64,000 nt of DNA, from NCBI GenBank assembly GCA_965372795.1, contig CBDVDR010000010.1, positions 1 through 64,000 on the forward strand, in the 5' to 3' direction. The notes under the pieces were generated by a model. It was not told where the DNA came from. It ran no database searches and worked only from the letters and a program-made list of their open reading frames with translations. Shown here in pieces: positions 30,976-40,986 of the stretch. How positions within the stretch are numbered: position 1 is the first letter of the stretch; every line of letters begins with the position of its first letter. The position numbers and the translations under genes were made by a program. The DNA comes from an uncultured bacterium (GTDB lineage Bacteria; Zixibacteria; MSB-5A5; GN15; FEB-12).

Positions 30976-32321
30976 TAGAGTCTTAATACAACTGAAAAAG
31001 GACCCTCAGGTGAAGGTAACCAGTTGGATTCTTTATCTTTTCCAGGAGACTCATTCTGGAAATAAAATGTTATTCCACCATCGTCATCTTTTTTGAATTG
31101 CGGCAACATTGGCGAGTTGAGCAGGTAACGGTTGAGCGGATTTTCTATAAGCAAACTCGCTGGTAATTCATACATTGTAAGTGACCAAAATGCATGAACA
31201 GGCGGTAGCTGTCCCGGTGCAAAGCGCATAGTGTATTTATTTGCTCCGTCAAGTTCTTGTCTGTCTGAATCTACATAATATGATGGATATATTGCTTCCT
31301 GAATCGAATTTCCCCAAATGCCGAGAACAGCCGCACCCATTCGATATAGGTAATTGTTTTTCAGAGATTCTCTTGTTCCGAAGACATCTCCTGATGAAAT
31401 TTCACCTGTATTAGCCTGTTCCAATAATTTGCTAAAATCAGCCCATGCATCAGCAATTCCATCTCCAATTGCTTTCTTCAATTCGGGCGAGAACTTATCC
31501 ATGTCGAATGTCTTACCCGCACCGATTTCAATTTTAGCAAATTTCACCATGAGCTCTTTTTCTGAGGGATGGGTTGGGCAGAATTGCAACAGGAAGTTTA
31601 TGACTTTGAAGGCATCGGTAGATGTTCGCAAATTTTCCTTAGTGGGAGGAGTAACGAACTTTATTGCAGGCTGAGCTTTTGGTGCAGGCTGGCCGAGAAA
31701 CTCAGAGAGCGGCTGTACCAGGTAGCCGTTCATAATCTTTTTGACATTGCCTATATCATTTGGATTAAACAATTGTGTGCGATAAATAGCAAGTACTAGA
31801 TCAGTTTCTGAATTGATTACTTTTTTTATACCGTTGGGAGTTTCCCCATTCCAACTTGGTCCGGCAATAAGGTAGCTAGCTCCATCATTGCCTGTGACAC
31901 GGCTTCCAATATAGTCGAAATTATGAGTGTACAGATCGATAAGCTGGATACTAATATATCTACTTTTCTCTACAGTAGGCACAGTCAGCACGATTGGTTC
32001 TCTGCGTAGATCCAGACCTACAAAGGAGTAGGGTGTATCCGAGTTAGGAGTTTGCACGGCTTTGTCTTTGGGGGTGTAAACCCGCGGGACGTTGTGAATC
32101 TTATTCCATTCCCCTTTGTATTCGGGACTCTCGCTATTTACAAAATAATCGTGCATGATGCGGTAGCCATCCACCATCGGATAGCCGTAGAGATAAGCTT
32201 CCTTGGCGATGGATCGTACTTCATCTGGTGTGATAGAATTCTGTCCACACGAGAACTGGGACGAAATCACCAGCACCACAATCAACATCATGAATATTTT
32301 GAATGAACGTATTTTCTTCAT
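30915..32321 (-). CDS. DUF1254/DUF1214 lipoprotein
   Basis: AKEAYLYGYP, TPNSDTPYS, FWSLTMY, NWLP.P and RLYWP motifs; lipobox FSC. Confidence 0.88.
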   Translation of the reverse strand: MKKIRSFKIFMMLIVVLVISSQFSCGQNSITPDEVRSIAKEAYLYGYPMVDGYRIMHDYFVNSESPEYKGEWNKIHNVPRVYTPKDKAVQTPNSDTPYSFVGLDLRREPIVLTVPTVEKSRYISIQLIDLYTHNFDYIGSRVTGNDGASYLIAGPSWNGETPNGIKKVINSETDLVLAIYRTQLFNPNDIGNVKKIMNGYLVQPLSEFLGQPAPKAQPAIKFVTPPTKENLRTSTDAFKVINFLLQFCPTHPSEKELMVKFAKIEIGAGKTFDMDKFSPELKKAIGDGIADAWADFSKLLEQANTGEISSGDVFGTRESLKNNYLYRMGAAVLGIWGNSIQEAIYPSYYVDSDRQELDGANKYTMRFAPGQLPPVHAFWSLTMYELPASLLIENPLNRYLLNSPMLPQFKKDDDGGITFYFQNESPGKDKESNWLPSPEGPFSVVLRLYWPKEEAMSGQWKEPQMQKM

Positions 32322-32410
32322 CTTTTCTCACTCCTAAAGAGATTCTTTTTTGCTTCATCTACTTACACAATGTATATCAGATTGGTGAATTACAGTCTCT
32401 ATCCTGGTCA

Positions 32411-33232
32411 TTAGAACAGAACCAGAACTGAAATTCCCACGCCAAATTCATCGACATCGTAAAGGTACCAGTCAGTATCACCTTTTTCTTCATTTTCATA
32501 TTCAATTATAGAGTATTTGAAGTTGGGACTAATTGTCCAGCTTTTTGATGGGTTCCAGGACAAACCAGTCTTAAAAGTGTAGGTACCTTCTGAGCCGCCA
32601 AAACCAGCATCAGCTTGAAGGCTCCAAGTAACACCCGGAGAAATGACTAATCCCATTGAAGAGCCAATAAGAACATCAAACCATTTATTATCAACATCTT
32701 CCTTTACCTCAATGGTGCTGGTCCCTTCGGTTATAGTTAAGTTTGTACCAAAATCATGTTTCATAAAGCGACCACCAACATAAGGGGTAACGACGAAGTT
32801 TCTATCTTCGGAGCGGAAGGCTGTGTATCCTACAGTAGCTTCAGCAACAAAAGTTTTAAAAAATATTTCAGCTGTATATTCTCCATCTCCATCTCCATCT
32901 TCATCAGTTAAATCACCTTCGACATCGTCACCTAGTTTAAGACCACCAAACGATCCTGCTATCATCCAACTGCCATCGGTTGCATAACCGCCCAATCCAA
33001 AAGCAGATTGAGTAAAGTCATTAAAATCTTCTGGACCCATATCGACTTCAAATTCAATAGTACCGGTTGAACTGAAATATAGACCTTGATCTCCTTCGGC
33101 ATTCATGAATGTAAATCCAGTACCGACACCATAAAACCACTTCTTCTGTGCATTTACGCTCGACACCCCAATGAGGCTTACTATGAAGACAGTCAACAAA
33201 GCAGCTTTAGTTCCTTTTAATAGTTTGTTCAT
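32411..33232 (-). CDS. Outer-membrane beta-barrel protein
   Basis: Signal peptide VNA-Q; amphipathic strands; terminal VLF. Confidence 0.7.
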   Translation of the reverse strand: MNKLLKGTKAALLTVFIVSLIGVSSVNAQKKWFYGVGTGFTFMNAEGDQGLYFSSTGTIEFEVDMGPEDFNDFTQSAFGLGGYATDGSWMIAGSFGGLKLGDDVEGDLTDEDGDGDGEYTAEIFFKTFVAEATVGYTAFRSEDRNFVVTPYVGGRFMKHDFGTNLTITEGTSTIEVKEDVDNKWFDVLIGSSMGLVISPGVTWSLQADAGFGGSEGTYTFKTGLSWNPSKSWTISPNFKYSIIEYENEEKGDTDWYLYDVDEFGVGISVLVLF

Positions 33233-33253
33233 GGTTGTTATTCTCCTTTTTAA

Positions 33254-33616
33254 TTACTTATTTATTTGTTCTTCTATTATTTCTACTACTTTTTCAAATT
33301 CCGTAGACTTGTCAAAGAAGTGGTCAGCGCCGTCCTTAGCAGCCTCCTTTCTAAACTTATCAGCGGAGTACTTGCTCAACATTATGGTAATCGGTGGCAC
33401 CTCAAATTTTTTCACCACTTGCAGAACATCAAACCCAGACCCTCCCGGCATCATGATATCAATGATGATCACGTCGGGTAGAATCTCCTTCGCCATACGA
33501 ATGCTTTCCGGCACATTAACAGCTTCGGATATTTGGAGATCGCCACGGATTCGATCTAATAATTTGATCAAGCTTCTTCGGACCAAAATTGAGTCATCGA
33601 CTATCAGTATTTTCAT
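33254..33616 (-). CDS. Single-domain response regulator (receiver only)
   Basis: ILIVDD...PDVIIIDIMMPGGSG...GAD.FFDK. Confidence 0.88.
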   Translation of the reverse strand: MKILIVDDSILVRRSLIKLLDRIRGDLQISEAVNVPESIRMAKEILPDVIIIDIMMPGGSGFDVLQVVKKFEVPPITIMLSKYSADKFRKEAAKDGADHFFDKSTEFEKVVEIIEEQINK

Positions 33617-33685
33617 TTTTTCCTCTGTGTAAAAAAAATGGTCATCCAATAAATATATTCACTTATATTCTGTCGTTTTGGCATG

Positions 33686-34411
33686 TCATTGATTCACTTG
33701 AAGGGGTTGAGTCATTCTAAATGATAGAAGCGATCTGACTGGAATAGAAATTTGATTTCCCGGGGTCAATACAGCGGCGGCAACTCCAATCTTAGCTCCA
33801 GTACGGGCACCTTTATTTTTGTCCATAGCGGCTCCAACGGCGGCTCCAGCAGCAATTTTTTTAAGCGCTCCAGATCGTTCGCCATCATAATTGATTTGAT
33901 CGGTCACGATTGGATACATTTGACCATCAATATTGATGTCTGTTACTTCAAGGACAAGTTTTGCCTTGGAAAGTCTCTTCCCTTCTTTAGCCTCTACAAC
34001 ACGACCATACACCTTGCTTCCCTTAGGGGCAATTACCTGCCCATCGACAACAAGATTAGCCTCAAGTGCCGTAGTAAATCGGTCTCCTTTCTTTATTCTC
34101 CCGGTAACAAGATTCGATTCATTACGTACCATCAACTGTGTTCCGGCGTTGATTGTTAGAGGACCTGTAGTGGCGGAGGCTGGCTTCGGACTGACCGATG
34201 GCACCGACCTCTGGAAAGTCAGTGAAATAATCGACTCCAATGGGTAAGTGTTTATAACTCCGTCAACTTCAAACTCAATGACGCTGACCGATCCGCTCAT
34301 ATACTTACCTGTTAACTCTCTGCCGTCTTTGAGTAGCAGGGTGTCCGCGCTTACAACCATCGCCATCAGAACTATTGTCCCGCCGATTATCCATAAAATT
34401 GATTTTGACAT
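33686..34411 (-). CDS. Secreted hypothetical protein with glycine-zipper
   Basis: Signal peptide VSA-DT; AAGAAVGAA..GA..GA motif; AGGAG RBS before ATG 34411. Confidence 0.65.
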   Translation of the reverse strand: MSKSILWIIGGTIVLMAMVVSADTLLLKDGRELTGKYMSGSVSVIEFEVDGVINTYPLESIISLTFQRSVPSVSPKPASATTGPLTINAGTQLMVRNESNLVTGRIKKGDRFTTALEANLVVDGQVIAPKGSKVYGRVVEAKEGKRLSKAKLVLEVTDINIDGQMYPIVTDQINYDGERSGALKKIAAGAAVGAAMDKNKGARTGAKIGVAAAVLTPGNQISIPVRSLLSFRMTQPLQVNQ

Positions 34412-34493
34412 TTTATAAGTACTCCTAAGCATTAAGCGTTTGATTAGTATTTTCTTCAATCATATAACAAGAATTTATAGATCGCATTGAAAT

Positions 34494-34540
34494 GGCGATG
34501 TAGTTCAAGCCATGAATCCGCCGTCACAGATTCTGCTACA
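34494..34540 (-). promoter_or_regulatory. Bipartite operator-like motif, copy 4
   Basis: Reverse complement TGTAGCAGAATCTGTGACG-N14-TGAACTACATCGCC, heading the eight-gene minus-strand run 34411->26298. Confidence 0.72.
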
Positions 34541-34720
34541 ATTATCACGTATCATAACCGGTCTCAGCAATTTAGCCTTAGGAAAGCCGAGCAGAGGAAG
34601 GCATTCAGGATGATGTTAAAGAATTATTCAAACTGGTGGAGGCAAGGTTTTGACAAGAGCGATAAGGGAAATAAGTTTTTTTTGGACTTGAATGGTCCTG
34701 GCGGATCAATGCCCATGGGT

Positions 34721-35353
34721 TCAGTTTACAAGTTTACCCTTAATGCAATATCGAATGAGTTCTTGATTGGATGACATGTTCATTTTCTGAAGGATTCTTT
34801 GTCGGTAGGTACTAATCGTACTCGGGCTTACTGAAAGAGTCTTCGTCATGTTCTGAGGAGACTCCCCAGATCCGATTAAAAGTAACACCTGGAACTCACG
34901 ATCCGACAGTTTCTCGTGCAGAATTTCGAATTGAGGCGACTCCAGTTCAAGTGCGAGACAATCAGCCACCATTTCACTAATATATCGACCACCCCTCCAA
35001 ATTCTATCAATTGCTTTGATTAATTCGGTTGATGCGGTTGATTTTGTCAAGTATCCCGCAGCCCCTGATTTTAGGGCACGCAAGGCGTACATTCGCTCAG
35101 GATGCATACTCAGGATAAGAACTTTCAAGTTCTTGTGTACTGCCCGAAGCTCTTTCAAAAGATCAAGTCCATTTTTATCGGGGAGATTGATATCTAAAAC
35201 CAGAACATCACAATCCACTTTCTTAACGGCGTCAAAGACTTCGAATGCTGAAGAGCACTCGGCAGTTACCTGCATGTCCATCCGTCCTTCGATAAGTTTT
35301 TTTAGACCTTCTCTTATTAAAGCATGATCGTCGGTTATTATTATATTGATCAC
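34721..35353 (-). CDS. NarL/LuxR-family response regulator
   Basis: DDH..IREG receiver, VLDINLP, C-terminal LSDREFQVL...HTH TISTYRQRI..KM. Confidence 0.92.
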   Translation of the reverse strand: MINIIITDDHALIREGLKKLIEGRMDMQVTAECSSAFEVFDAVKKVDCDVLVLDINLPDKNGLDLLKELRAVHKNLKVLILSMHPERMYALRALKSGAAGYLTKSTASTELIKAIDRIWRGGRYISEMVADCLALELESPQFEILHEKLSDREFQVLLLIGSGESPQNMTKTLSVSPSTISTYRQRILQKMNMSSNQELIRYCIKGKLVN

Positions 35354-35363
35354 TATTCTATCC

Positions 35364-37478
35364 TCAAGATTTTATAGGTATTGTAATACGTATGGTTAAT
35401 CCTTCGCCAGAAGTTGAATCTATTTGTACGTTGCCATCGAGGGCGCTAGCCCTTTCTCTTATACCCAGCAAGCCGAATCTGTTTGTAGAGGTAAGCGCAT
35501 CCTTAGCTAAGCCAACTCCGTTGTCACTCACCTCAATAATCACAGTATTGTCATTCAGAATCAATTTTACTGTGGAGTTGCTTGCTTTAGAGTGACGGGA
35601 TATATTGGTTAAACACTCCTGAACAATCCGGTAGACAGCAATGGCAATCTCGTCGTTGATGGTTATGTGGTCTAACGCGCAAACGAAATCACACTTAATC
35701 CTGTGGGACTTGAAGAACTCTTCTGCTTGGTACTCAAGAGCAGCAATCAAACCAAGATTATCCAAAATTTCAGGTCTCAGTCTTCTCACAAACGCATGCA
35801 GCCTTTCGCTGGCTTTTTCCAAAGTCTCGCTCATTGCGGCCAGGTCTTCTGAAATAGAATCGGAATTGTCTGTGTCTTCTGAGTTGTGTACTTGACGCTC
35901 TACAATCGCAACGTCAATTTTCAATGAAGTAAGAACTTGTCCCAAATCGTCGTGCAAATCTCTGGCAATTGATTTTCGTTCTCGTTCGGTTATCTTTGTC
36001 ATGTGGTTCGTCAAATCACGCAACCGCTGTCTTGAGGCACTCAATTCATCAATGTACTTCTGATGCTCCCGAAGATCAGAAATTCCCACAAGGTATCGGT
36101 TTCCGAACAGCGTCTCCTGCAAATTCAAGCTGACATCAATAGGAATCTCCGAACCGTCTTTCTTCCGTCCTTTGATTTGCAGCCCGGAACCCATAGGTCT
36201 GGGCAAGGTTTGTTTTCTAATATTATCACGGAGCTTTCTATGCTTTTTATGCAAACTTGCAGGCACCAGCACTTCGATAGCACTTCCGATTAATTCTGAA
36301 TCGGTATACCCAAAGAGTCTGGAGCAGGTATTGTTTTGCATTTTGATTGTGCCATCTTCTAATGTAATGAGCATTGCACCAGGCGCCGCTTCTATAAGAT
36401 GCTCAAAAGTATTTGAGACGTGCAAGCGGTCAATGGCCAAAGCCGCCTGTAGTGTGATTGCTGAGATCAGTTCAATGTTTTCATCGCTCATCTCTTTTTT
36501 ATTAGGTGAATAAAAACAAAATACAGCCATTAAAGCACTATTCGTTTTTAATGGCACGCCCAGAGCTGTTTTGATTCCTAACCGGTGAAACACCTTGTCA
36601 CGAGGAATAACCAAGTTACTCTGCCAGTTTTCATTGGAATGCCACTCCAAATCTCCGGTGCTCCAAACGCTGCCCGCCACATCTTGTCCTTTTTCAAGAG
36701 TAAGGCCGACACTACAATCAGCAAATTGCTTCAAATCTTTAGTTACTGAACTCCATTGGTAATAAGCTTTGAGATTATTAGTGTCTTCCTGAGGTATCCA
36801 TATTTCAGCATACCGGTACTCAAAAAACTCAGAAAGTTCAATTAAGCATATTCTTAGAGCTTGCTCAATATCCTCAGCAGCAACAATATAATTTAACAAC
36901 TGGTGCTCAATTTGAGATGACAGATTGCGTGCTTGAATTTCAGAAGTGCGCTCTGCTACCAATGCTTCCAGGTGATTGTGATACTGTGAAAGTTCCTCTT
37001 TACTCTGATGGCGCTCAGTAATGTCCTCGATAAAGCAACTTACACCAATAACCGTTCCATCTTGCAGTTTATTTGGATAATAATTGTGTTCGAATAGCCT
37101 TTTTTCGCCTGGATGAGCGAGGGTTGCGGCATATACATGCCCTTTGATAATTGGATTACCTGTGTCGATGACCTGTTGAAACTGCGGCTCAATAGAGTCT
37201 GCCAAGTCCGGAAATAACTTGCGTATGGATTGTCCGATATGCTTTTCCGCAGGTAACCCATTGATGTCAGCAAGCCAATCATTAATATATGTATAGCGCA
37301 ATTTTGTATCCAAGTAGCAAAAACCCACTTTCGCAGTGCTCATTATATAAATGAGATTCGCTTCCCTTGCCTGCATATTTGTAATCTGTGCCTTGAGTGT
37401 TCTTAAAACTTCATCGCTAACATTGATATTCGTTTTCAAAATTTCCTCGTTACAAAATCTCTTGAATGTTCGTCTCAT
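35364..37478 (-). CDS. PAS-GAF-PAS sensor histidine kinase (HisKA_3, NarX/UhpB type)
   Basis: ERKSIARDLHDDLGQ H-box, LRP..LD.LGL, E.LTN..RH, DNGVG, FGLLGIRERA; no obvious TM helix. Confidence 0.92.
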   Translation of the reverse strand: MRRTFKRFCNEEILKTNINVSDEVLRTLKAQITNMQAREANLIYIMSTAKVGFCYLDTKLRYTYINDWLADINGLPAEKHIGQSIRKLFPDLADSIEPQFQQVIDTGNPIIKGHVYAATLAHPGEKRLFEHNYYPNKLQDGTVIGVSCFIEDITERHQSKEELSQYHNHLEALVAERTSEIQARNLSSQIEHQLLNYIVAAEDIEQALRICLIELSEFFEYRYAEIWIPQEDTNNLKAYYQWSSVTKDLKQFADCSVGLTLEKGQDVAGSVWSTGDLEWHSNENWQSNLVIPRDKVFHRLGIKTALGVPLKTNSALMAVFCFYSPNKKEMSDENIELISAITLQAALAIDRLHVSNTFEHLIEAAPGAMLITLEDGTIKMQNNTCSRLFGYTDSELIGSAIEVLVPASLHKKHRKLRDNIRKQTLPRPMGSGLQIKGRKKDGSEIPIDVSLNLQETLFGNRYLVGISDLREHQKYIDELSASRQRLRDLTNHMTKITERERKSIARDLHDDLGQVLTSLKIDVAIVERQVHNSEDTDNSDSISEDLAAMSETLEKASERLHAFVRRLRPEILDNLGLIAALEYQAEEFFKSHRIKCDFVCALDHITINDEIAIAVYRIVQECLTNISRHSKASNSTVKLILNDNTVIIEVSDNGVGLAKDALTSTNRFGLLGIRERASALDGNVQIDSTSGEGLTIRITIPIKS

Positions 37479-37733
37479 GGATAGAGCATGGTTGTTTCGT
37501 TTTAAATTCGCTATTGGTCTCTATTTTATATTTGTTACAAAACACAAGAAACTCTTCTCACTGAGGTACGCCATATAGAAGAAAAGATATACATGCTCAC
37601 CTTTGTCCAGTTCTTTTCAACATACGAATTGTATCCTAATTTGAGCAACTAATTGTGAAAACAGCTCAGGAAAATACTCTTAGGTGTTCTTCAAAGTGAT
37701 TGATAGCGACGCAGTTACACTTACAATGAAATC

Positions 37734-37780
37734 TGTCGCAATTTTTATGACATCACTTACATAATTTCTACGACATCCAG
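37734..37780 (+). promoter_or_regulatory. Bipartite operator-like motif, copy 5 (most divergent)
   Basis: TGTCGCAATTTTTATGACA-N14-TCTACGACATCCAG, facing the symporter gene. Confidence 0.55.
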
Positions 37781-38110
37781 TCATATCTCCAACCCGTTAT
37801 CATTTATATACAAACGTGGAGCCAGATAGTCATTGGAAATTCACAAAGATTTGACCGATAGTCTGACTTCTGGCATACAGTATAAATAATCAAAAGGTTG
37901 TCTGTGTTACATAGTCTTCACATATCAAGATTCGTATTTATTATAACAGTTGTATGCTTTGGATTAGGTCCGGGGATTTTTGCCAACGATGGATATTGGA
38001 TGTCGCGTCGACATTCTAATGAGCCAGTGGAGCTGTAGTATGAAAATGAATCACCATTTCAGGCTTTATGTAATGCGGTATCCCGAAGAAACTCGGAATT
38101 GTAGCGACTG

Positions 38111-39889
38111 ATGGGTATGAGCCTCTCAGCATGGATTCTAATAGGTGCCGTCATGGGACTTGCCTGTGGCTTGTTCTTTGGTGAGTATACCGCCCTGTTG
38201 TCAGTTGTTGGTGACGCCTGCGTGGGACTGCTTCAAATGACGGTGCTTCCCTATATCGCTATTGCTATCATCGCTAATATTGGAAAACTGTCGCCTAAAG
38301 TCGCTCTGCGATTTGTCCTCTATGTCTGTGGTTCCCTGTTAACCTCGGTCATCATAACGTTTGCAGTTGTTGTGTTCCTGCCCTTGTGCCTGCCGGATAA
38401 AGAAACAGCTTCTTTCTTCAGTTCAAGCACTCTCGCAGAATCAAGCCAGATTGACTTCCTCCAATTATTCATTCCCTCTAACCCTTTCTATTCATTGGCT
38501 AATAACATCGTACCCGCCGTGGTCCTGTTTTGTATTGCAATCGGGACTGCCATTATGACTATGGAAACCAAGAAACCTGCTCTGGAACAACTCGACTTTC
38601 TGTCAAAAGCTCTAGCTCGTATCAATCATTATCTCGTAAGATTAACTCCGATAGGCGTGTTTGCCTCCTGATTTGTTGACATTCCCATATCGATAAGTCA
38701 GTATCCTTCTTTTCTCGCCGCCGGAATGTTCAGCTTGTTCGGTAGTCCTCATGTCACCATACCTTTTCTACTGGATATGCTCCGACTTCCTGCTGACATG
38801 TTTCAACTGTATCTTGCCTCAGGCATTCTCGTAGATCGGATGGGAAATTTCCTGGGGGCGATCCATCTGCTGTTTGTAACGGTGCTGACGACCGCAGCCC
38901 TGTCTGGCAAACTGATTTTCCAATGGCGCAAGCTGATTTTCTCATTTGTTTTCATCATTGTATTTATAGCCGTAGCAACGATTTGTACAAAAGCATATTT
39001 GTCCGGCACACTTTCTGAGGAGTACAACAAGGATCAGACTGTTCGGAACATGCACTCGGCTATACATTCATCACAGGCTGTAATTCATCGATCTTTGCCT
39101 TCGGACTTTCCTGCTCTTGAGGTTTCAGCCATGCAACGCATATCAGAGAATGGCGTAATTCGCATTGGCTACAACCCGGACAATCTGCCAATGAGCTTCT
39201 TCAATGCATCTGACAAACTGGTCGGTTATGACATCGACATGGCTCACTTGTTGGCTCAACAGATGGCATGTCAGTTGGAATTTGTACCATTTGAGTTATC
39301 CACTCTTGTTGAACAACTAAACCGTGGGGATTTCGATATTGCAATGTCAGGTATTGTTATGCCACCGCCTCGTCTGACCCAAATAACCTTCTCTGAGCCT
39401 TACGGGCAGACAACCGCCGCCATAGTGATTCAGGATCATAGGCGCGATGAATTCATCCGGCGGCTATCAGAGGGAGACTTTCAGGGTATCCGACTTGCAC
39501 TCACAAACTCCAAAGATGCAGGCAGGATCGTAGCGAATCTCTTGCCCGGAGCAGTTTTCGTAGAGGTTTCTTCGCTCCGAGAATACTGTGAGTCCAGATA
39601 TAAAGAGGTTGATGGAATGATTTGGAGTGCAGAGAGCGGTTCTGCTTGGACACTGCTTTATCCGAATTTCAGTGTCGTACCGATACGCCCCCTTTACCGC
39701 GTACCAATCGGCTACGCAGTATCATACAATAACACCAGGTTAGCTGACTTCGTGAGCCAATGGATCAAAGTCGTTCAAGCCAGTCCGACTGATGAACTGC
39801 TATATGAACACTGGATTTTAGGGAAGAGTACGGAAGTGCATTTGCCTCGATGGAGCGTAATAAGGAACGTTCTGCACTGGGTAAAATAG
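38111..39889 (+). pseudogene. Dicarboxylate/amino-acid:cation symporter fused to a periplasmic-binding (SBP_bac_3) domain; in-frame TGA and apparent internal deletion
   Basis: ORFs 38111..38671 and 38726..39889 are in frame across TGA 38669 (PIGVFAS*FVD...). SDF motifs LLQMTVLPY, FIPSNPF, PIGVF; SBP motif LVGYDIDMA. The symporter core looks shortened. Confidence 0.75.
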
Positions 39890-40007
39890 GCGTGACGTGT
39901 ACTGAAGAAGCCACTAAGCTCTTCTGATGACTCTCAACATATTCCTGATTCTCACTTCCTGCCTTATTGCCAAGGTGATAGTAAACTGGAAATTGTAATC
40001 GCAGCAT

Positions 40008-40880
40008 TTACTGCCATCCGGCGAATCGTCCCGTTATCCAAACCGGATGATGGTCGCTCGCCTTGGTACCGGTCAGAACCCCGCTGCCCGTAATCATGAA
40101 CCCTCTTGTGTAAATATGATCAAGGTGCAATCTTATAATTCCTAACGGTCCGACATCGGAAGTCGATTCCACACCTTCAGAAGCGCGTATCAAGCCAATT
40201 CTCTCAAAAGAGCTATCGAACCTTTCCAGTACCTGGTGTAGCACAGTATTGAAATCTCCTCCCACGACAACATGTTCAAAGTTGGTGTCGATTGCTGATG
40301 CCAGCGAATCAATCTGATCGAGGCGAGACCGAAACCCCATGCGATACATTTCAGTGTGTGCCGAGATAACCCGAATTTCTCGTTCACCGATTACAACGGT
40401 GGCGGCAGTGCCTATGCGATTTTGTCGCCTAAGAAAATCGAGATGGGGAAGCACAATTTTAGTCGGCTCATTAAGCGGCCACGGTGAGAGTATAGCATTG
40501 CCAAAAGCAGACTTCCGTTTGGAATGTACCGCCGATGGGTAGTAAACATAATTAAGCCTGCGACTCCGGGCAATCTTCTCGACTCCCGGCAAATCCGCTT
40601 CCTGAAGTAGTACTATATCAGCCAAAAGCCAGATTGAATCCTCTCCCAACTCATGAATGACCAGGTCTAATTTCTCGCCAAGATGAATATTGTAAGAGAT
40701 TACTACAATTTCCTGCCCGTGATATGTGGGTGACTCTGTTGAAACATGCCAGTATAACGGACCATAAGGGTCTTCGTAATTCGTATAAGTTCCGCAGGCA
40801 CATAGACTACCGATAGTAGCAGTCGCCATGACAACTAATAGCGTATATCTGATATATCTCATTTGATTGAACTTGTGCAT
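40008..40880 (-). CDS. Endonuclease/exonuclease/phosphatase (EEP) family lipoprotein
   Basis: SYNI, LLQE, GNAILS, GGDFN, LDHIY and SDH.PV motifs; lipobox LCAC. Confidence 0.9.
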   Translation of the reverse strand: MHKFNQMRYIRYTLLVVMATATIGSLCACGTYTNYEDPYGPLYWHVSTESPTYHGQEIVVISYNIHLGEKLDLVIHELGEDSIWLLADIVLLQEADLPGVEKIARSRRLNYVYYPSAVHSKRKSAFGNAILSPWPLNEPTKIVLPHLDFLRRQNRIGTAATVVIGEREIRVISAHTEMYRMGFRSRLDQIDSLASAIDTNFEHVVVGGDFNTVLHQVLERFDSSFERIGLIRASEGVESTSDVGPLGIIRLHLDHIYTRGFMITGSGVLTGTKASDHHPVWITGRFAGWQ

Positions 40881-40986
40881 AATATTAGATCTCTCGTTGC
40901 ATCGTGCGGACTCTGTATTTCATTTATTAATTCAACCTGCATCAATATCATTCGCCACCATAAATGTGGATATAAGGCACCAGTCA

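Noticed and set aside
33171..33632. 153-aa plus-strand ORF and similar shadows (777-1145, 6223-6657, 21432-21629, 54325-54702, 63695-63955)
   Set aside because: They are antisense to well-supported genes and have no motifs or RBS.
12737..39889. Alternative genetic code (TGA=Trp), suggested by two in-frame TGAs at Trp positions
   Set aside because: Many intact genes end in TGA (e.g. 2764, 11291, 27950, 34721), and long genes use TGG with no internal TGA.
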